DNA of 45,167 bases from Coriobacteriia bacterium (GTDB lineage Bacteria; Actinomycetota; Coriobacteriia; Anaerosomatales; SLCP01). Under the pieces are notes generated by a model, which saw only the letters and a list, made by a program, of their open reading frames with translations, ran no database searches and was not told the origin of the DNA. The stretch is taken from NCBI GenBank assembly GCA_034005175.1, contig JAVEVF010000001.1, positions 1 to 45,167 of the forward strand. The letters run 5' to 3'. Numbering within the stretch: position 1 is the first letter of the stretch; each line of letters begins with the position of its first letter. The translations under genes and the position numbers were made by a program. Below, piece after piece: positions 44,796-45,167 of this stretch.

Positions 44796-45167
44796 CACGG
44801 CCATCCCGCGCGCAAGTCCCACTAGCATCGCCATGGCAAGGCTGGCGCTGAGATAGAACGCCATCCCATTGAAGATCGCCATCACGATGTAGGCAAGACC
44901 GATCACGAAGACGAGCTCACCAACGTCTCGCACCTTCGCCGAGCTGCGAGGATCATGCAACAAACGCGGTCCCGGTGCGACAAGCCAACCCACCGTCAAC
45001 AGATGCAAGAACAGCAGACCTACTCCACCGGTGACCAGGAACTCCAGAAAGTCGTTGTGCGCCCAAAGCTCGCTGCCGCTGACGGCAGCAAAAGCCTGTA
45101 TACTGCCGGCCGCACCCTGCCCCAGCAACAACCTTCCTGCCGAGGCAGTCGCCGAGTTCCACAGGGT
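44724..45167 (-). CDS. O-antigen ligase/polymerase (Wzy_C domain) membrane protein, C-terminal part (continues beyond window end)
   Basis: ELWAHNDFLEFLVTGGVGLLFLHLL matches the HN-x-YL/FL-E-x-G motif, flanked by hydrophobic helices. The reading frame is open to the window edge. The 3' end overlaps the convergent GT4 gene by about 72 nt. Confidence 0.7.
   Translation of the reverse strand, partial: TLWNSATASAGRLLLGQGAAGSIQAFAAVSGSELWAHNDFLEFLVTGGVGLLFLHLLTVGWLVAPGPRLLHDPRSSAKVRDVGELVFVIGLAYIVMAIFNGMAFYLSASLAMAMLVGLARGMAVSPGATFLDATNSVNPADKVSSAC

Noticed and set aside
1-45167. CRISPR arrays, rRNA genes, prophage or integrase next to tRNA-Leu, and toxin-antitoxin pairs
   Set aside because: No regularly spaced direct repeats, rRNA-like sequence, integrase, or small paired ORFs were seen. 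tRNA-Leu is flanked by mgtE and the SOS-regulated helicase with no island signature.

Overview
High-GC (by eye over 60%) bacterial chromosome segment. GGAGG-type ribosome-binding sites, many GTG/TTG starts and frequent 1-4 nt start/stop overlaps are typical. The order polA | rpsA | coaE-slt-uvrB looks like Actinomycetota, possibly Coriobacteriia-like, but that placement is inference only. Bases 1-31 kb are mostly housekeeping genes on the minus strand: an ABC1 kinase fragment, a cytochrome-b-like gene, an arsR-type regulator with a Zn/Cd P-type ATPase, uvrB, slt, coaE, rpsA, polA, glnA, mgtE, tRNA-Leu(CAA), a UvrD-like helicase, a LOG-family gene, a class II aldolase-like gene, PPi-type PFK, accD-accA, class I aldolase, GNAT-nadE and trpB2-trpB. 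Bases 31.7-45.2 kb hold a surface-polysaccharide cluster: WecB/TagA glycosyltransferase, Wzz/BY-kinase, a Wzx-deacetylase fusion, GT4 and a Wzy-like gene. It contains an unusual sub-operon of a CapK-like adenylating enzyme, a divergent enolase paralogue and a histidine phosphatase, next to two CelD/FemAB-like transferases. Four observations stand out. (1) The ATPase is split in the ORF track by one in-frame TGA that falls on the first Cys of the CxxC metal-binding motif. A SECIS-like hairpin follows it, so it is a candidate selenocysteine (UxxC) metal site. (2) A complete Trp-specific T-box riboswitch (specifier UGG) precedes a trpB2-trpB operon that has no trpA. (3) The polysaccharide cluster carries the enolase/phosphatase/adenylase module. 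(4) A decayed YD-repeat/IS3 chimera lies between housekeeping genes. Regulatory sites found by eye are a consensus leaderless promoter with an 11-8-11 ArsR-type operator, tandem LexA boxes and a perfect CRP-type palindrome. No CRISPR array or rRNA was seen. All calls rest on reading the sequence and remembered family motifs; no searches were run.
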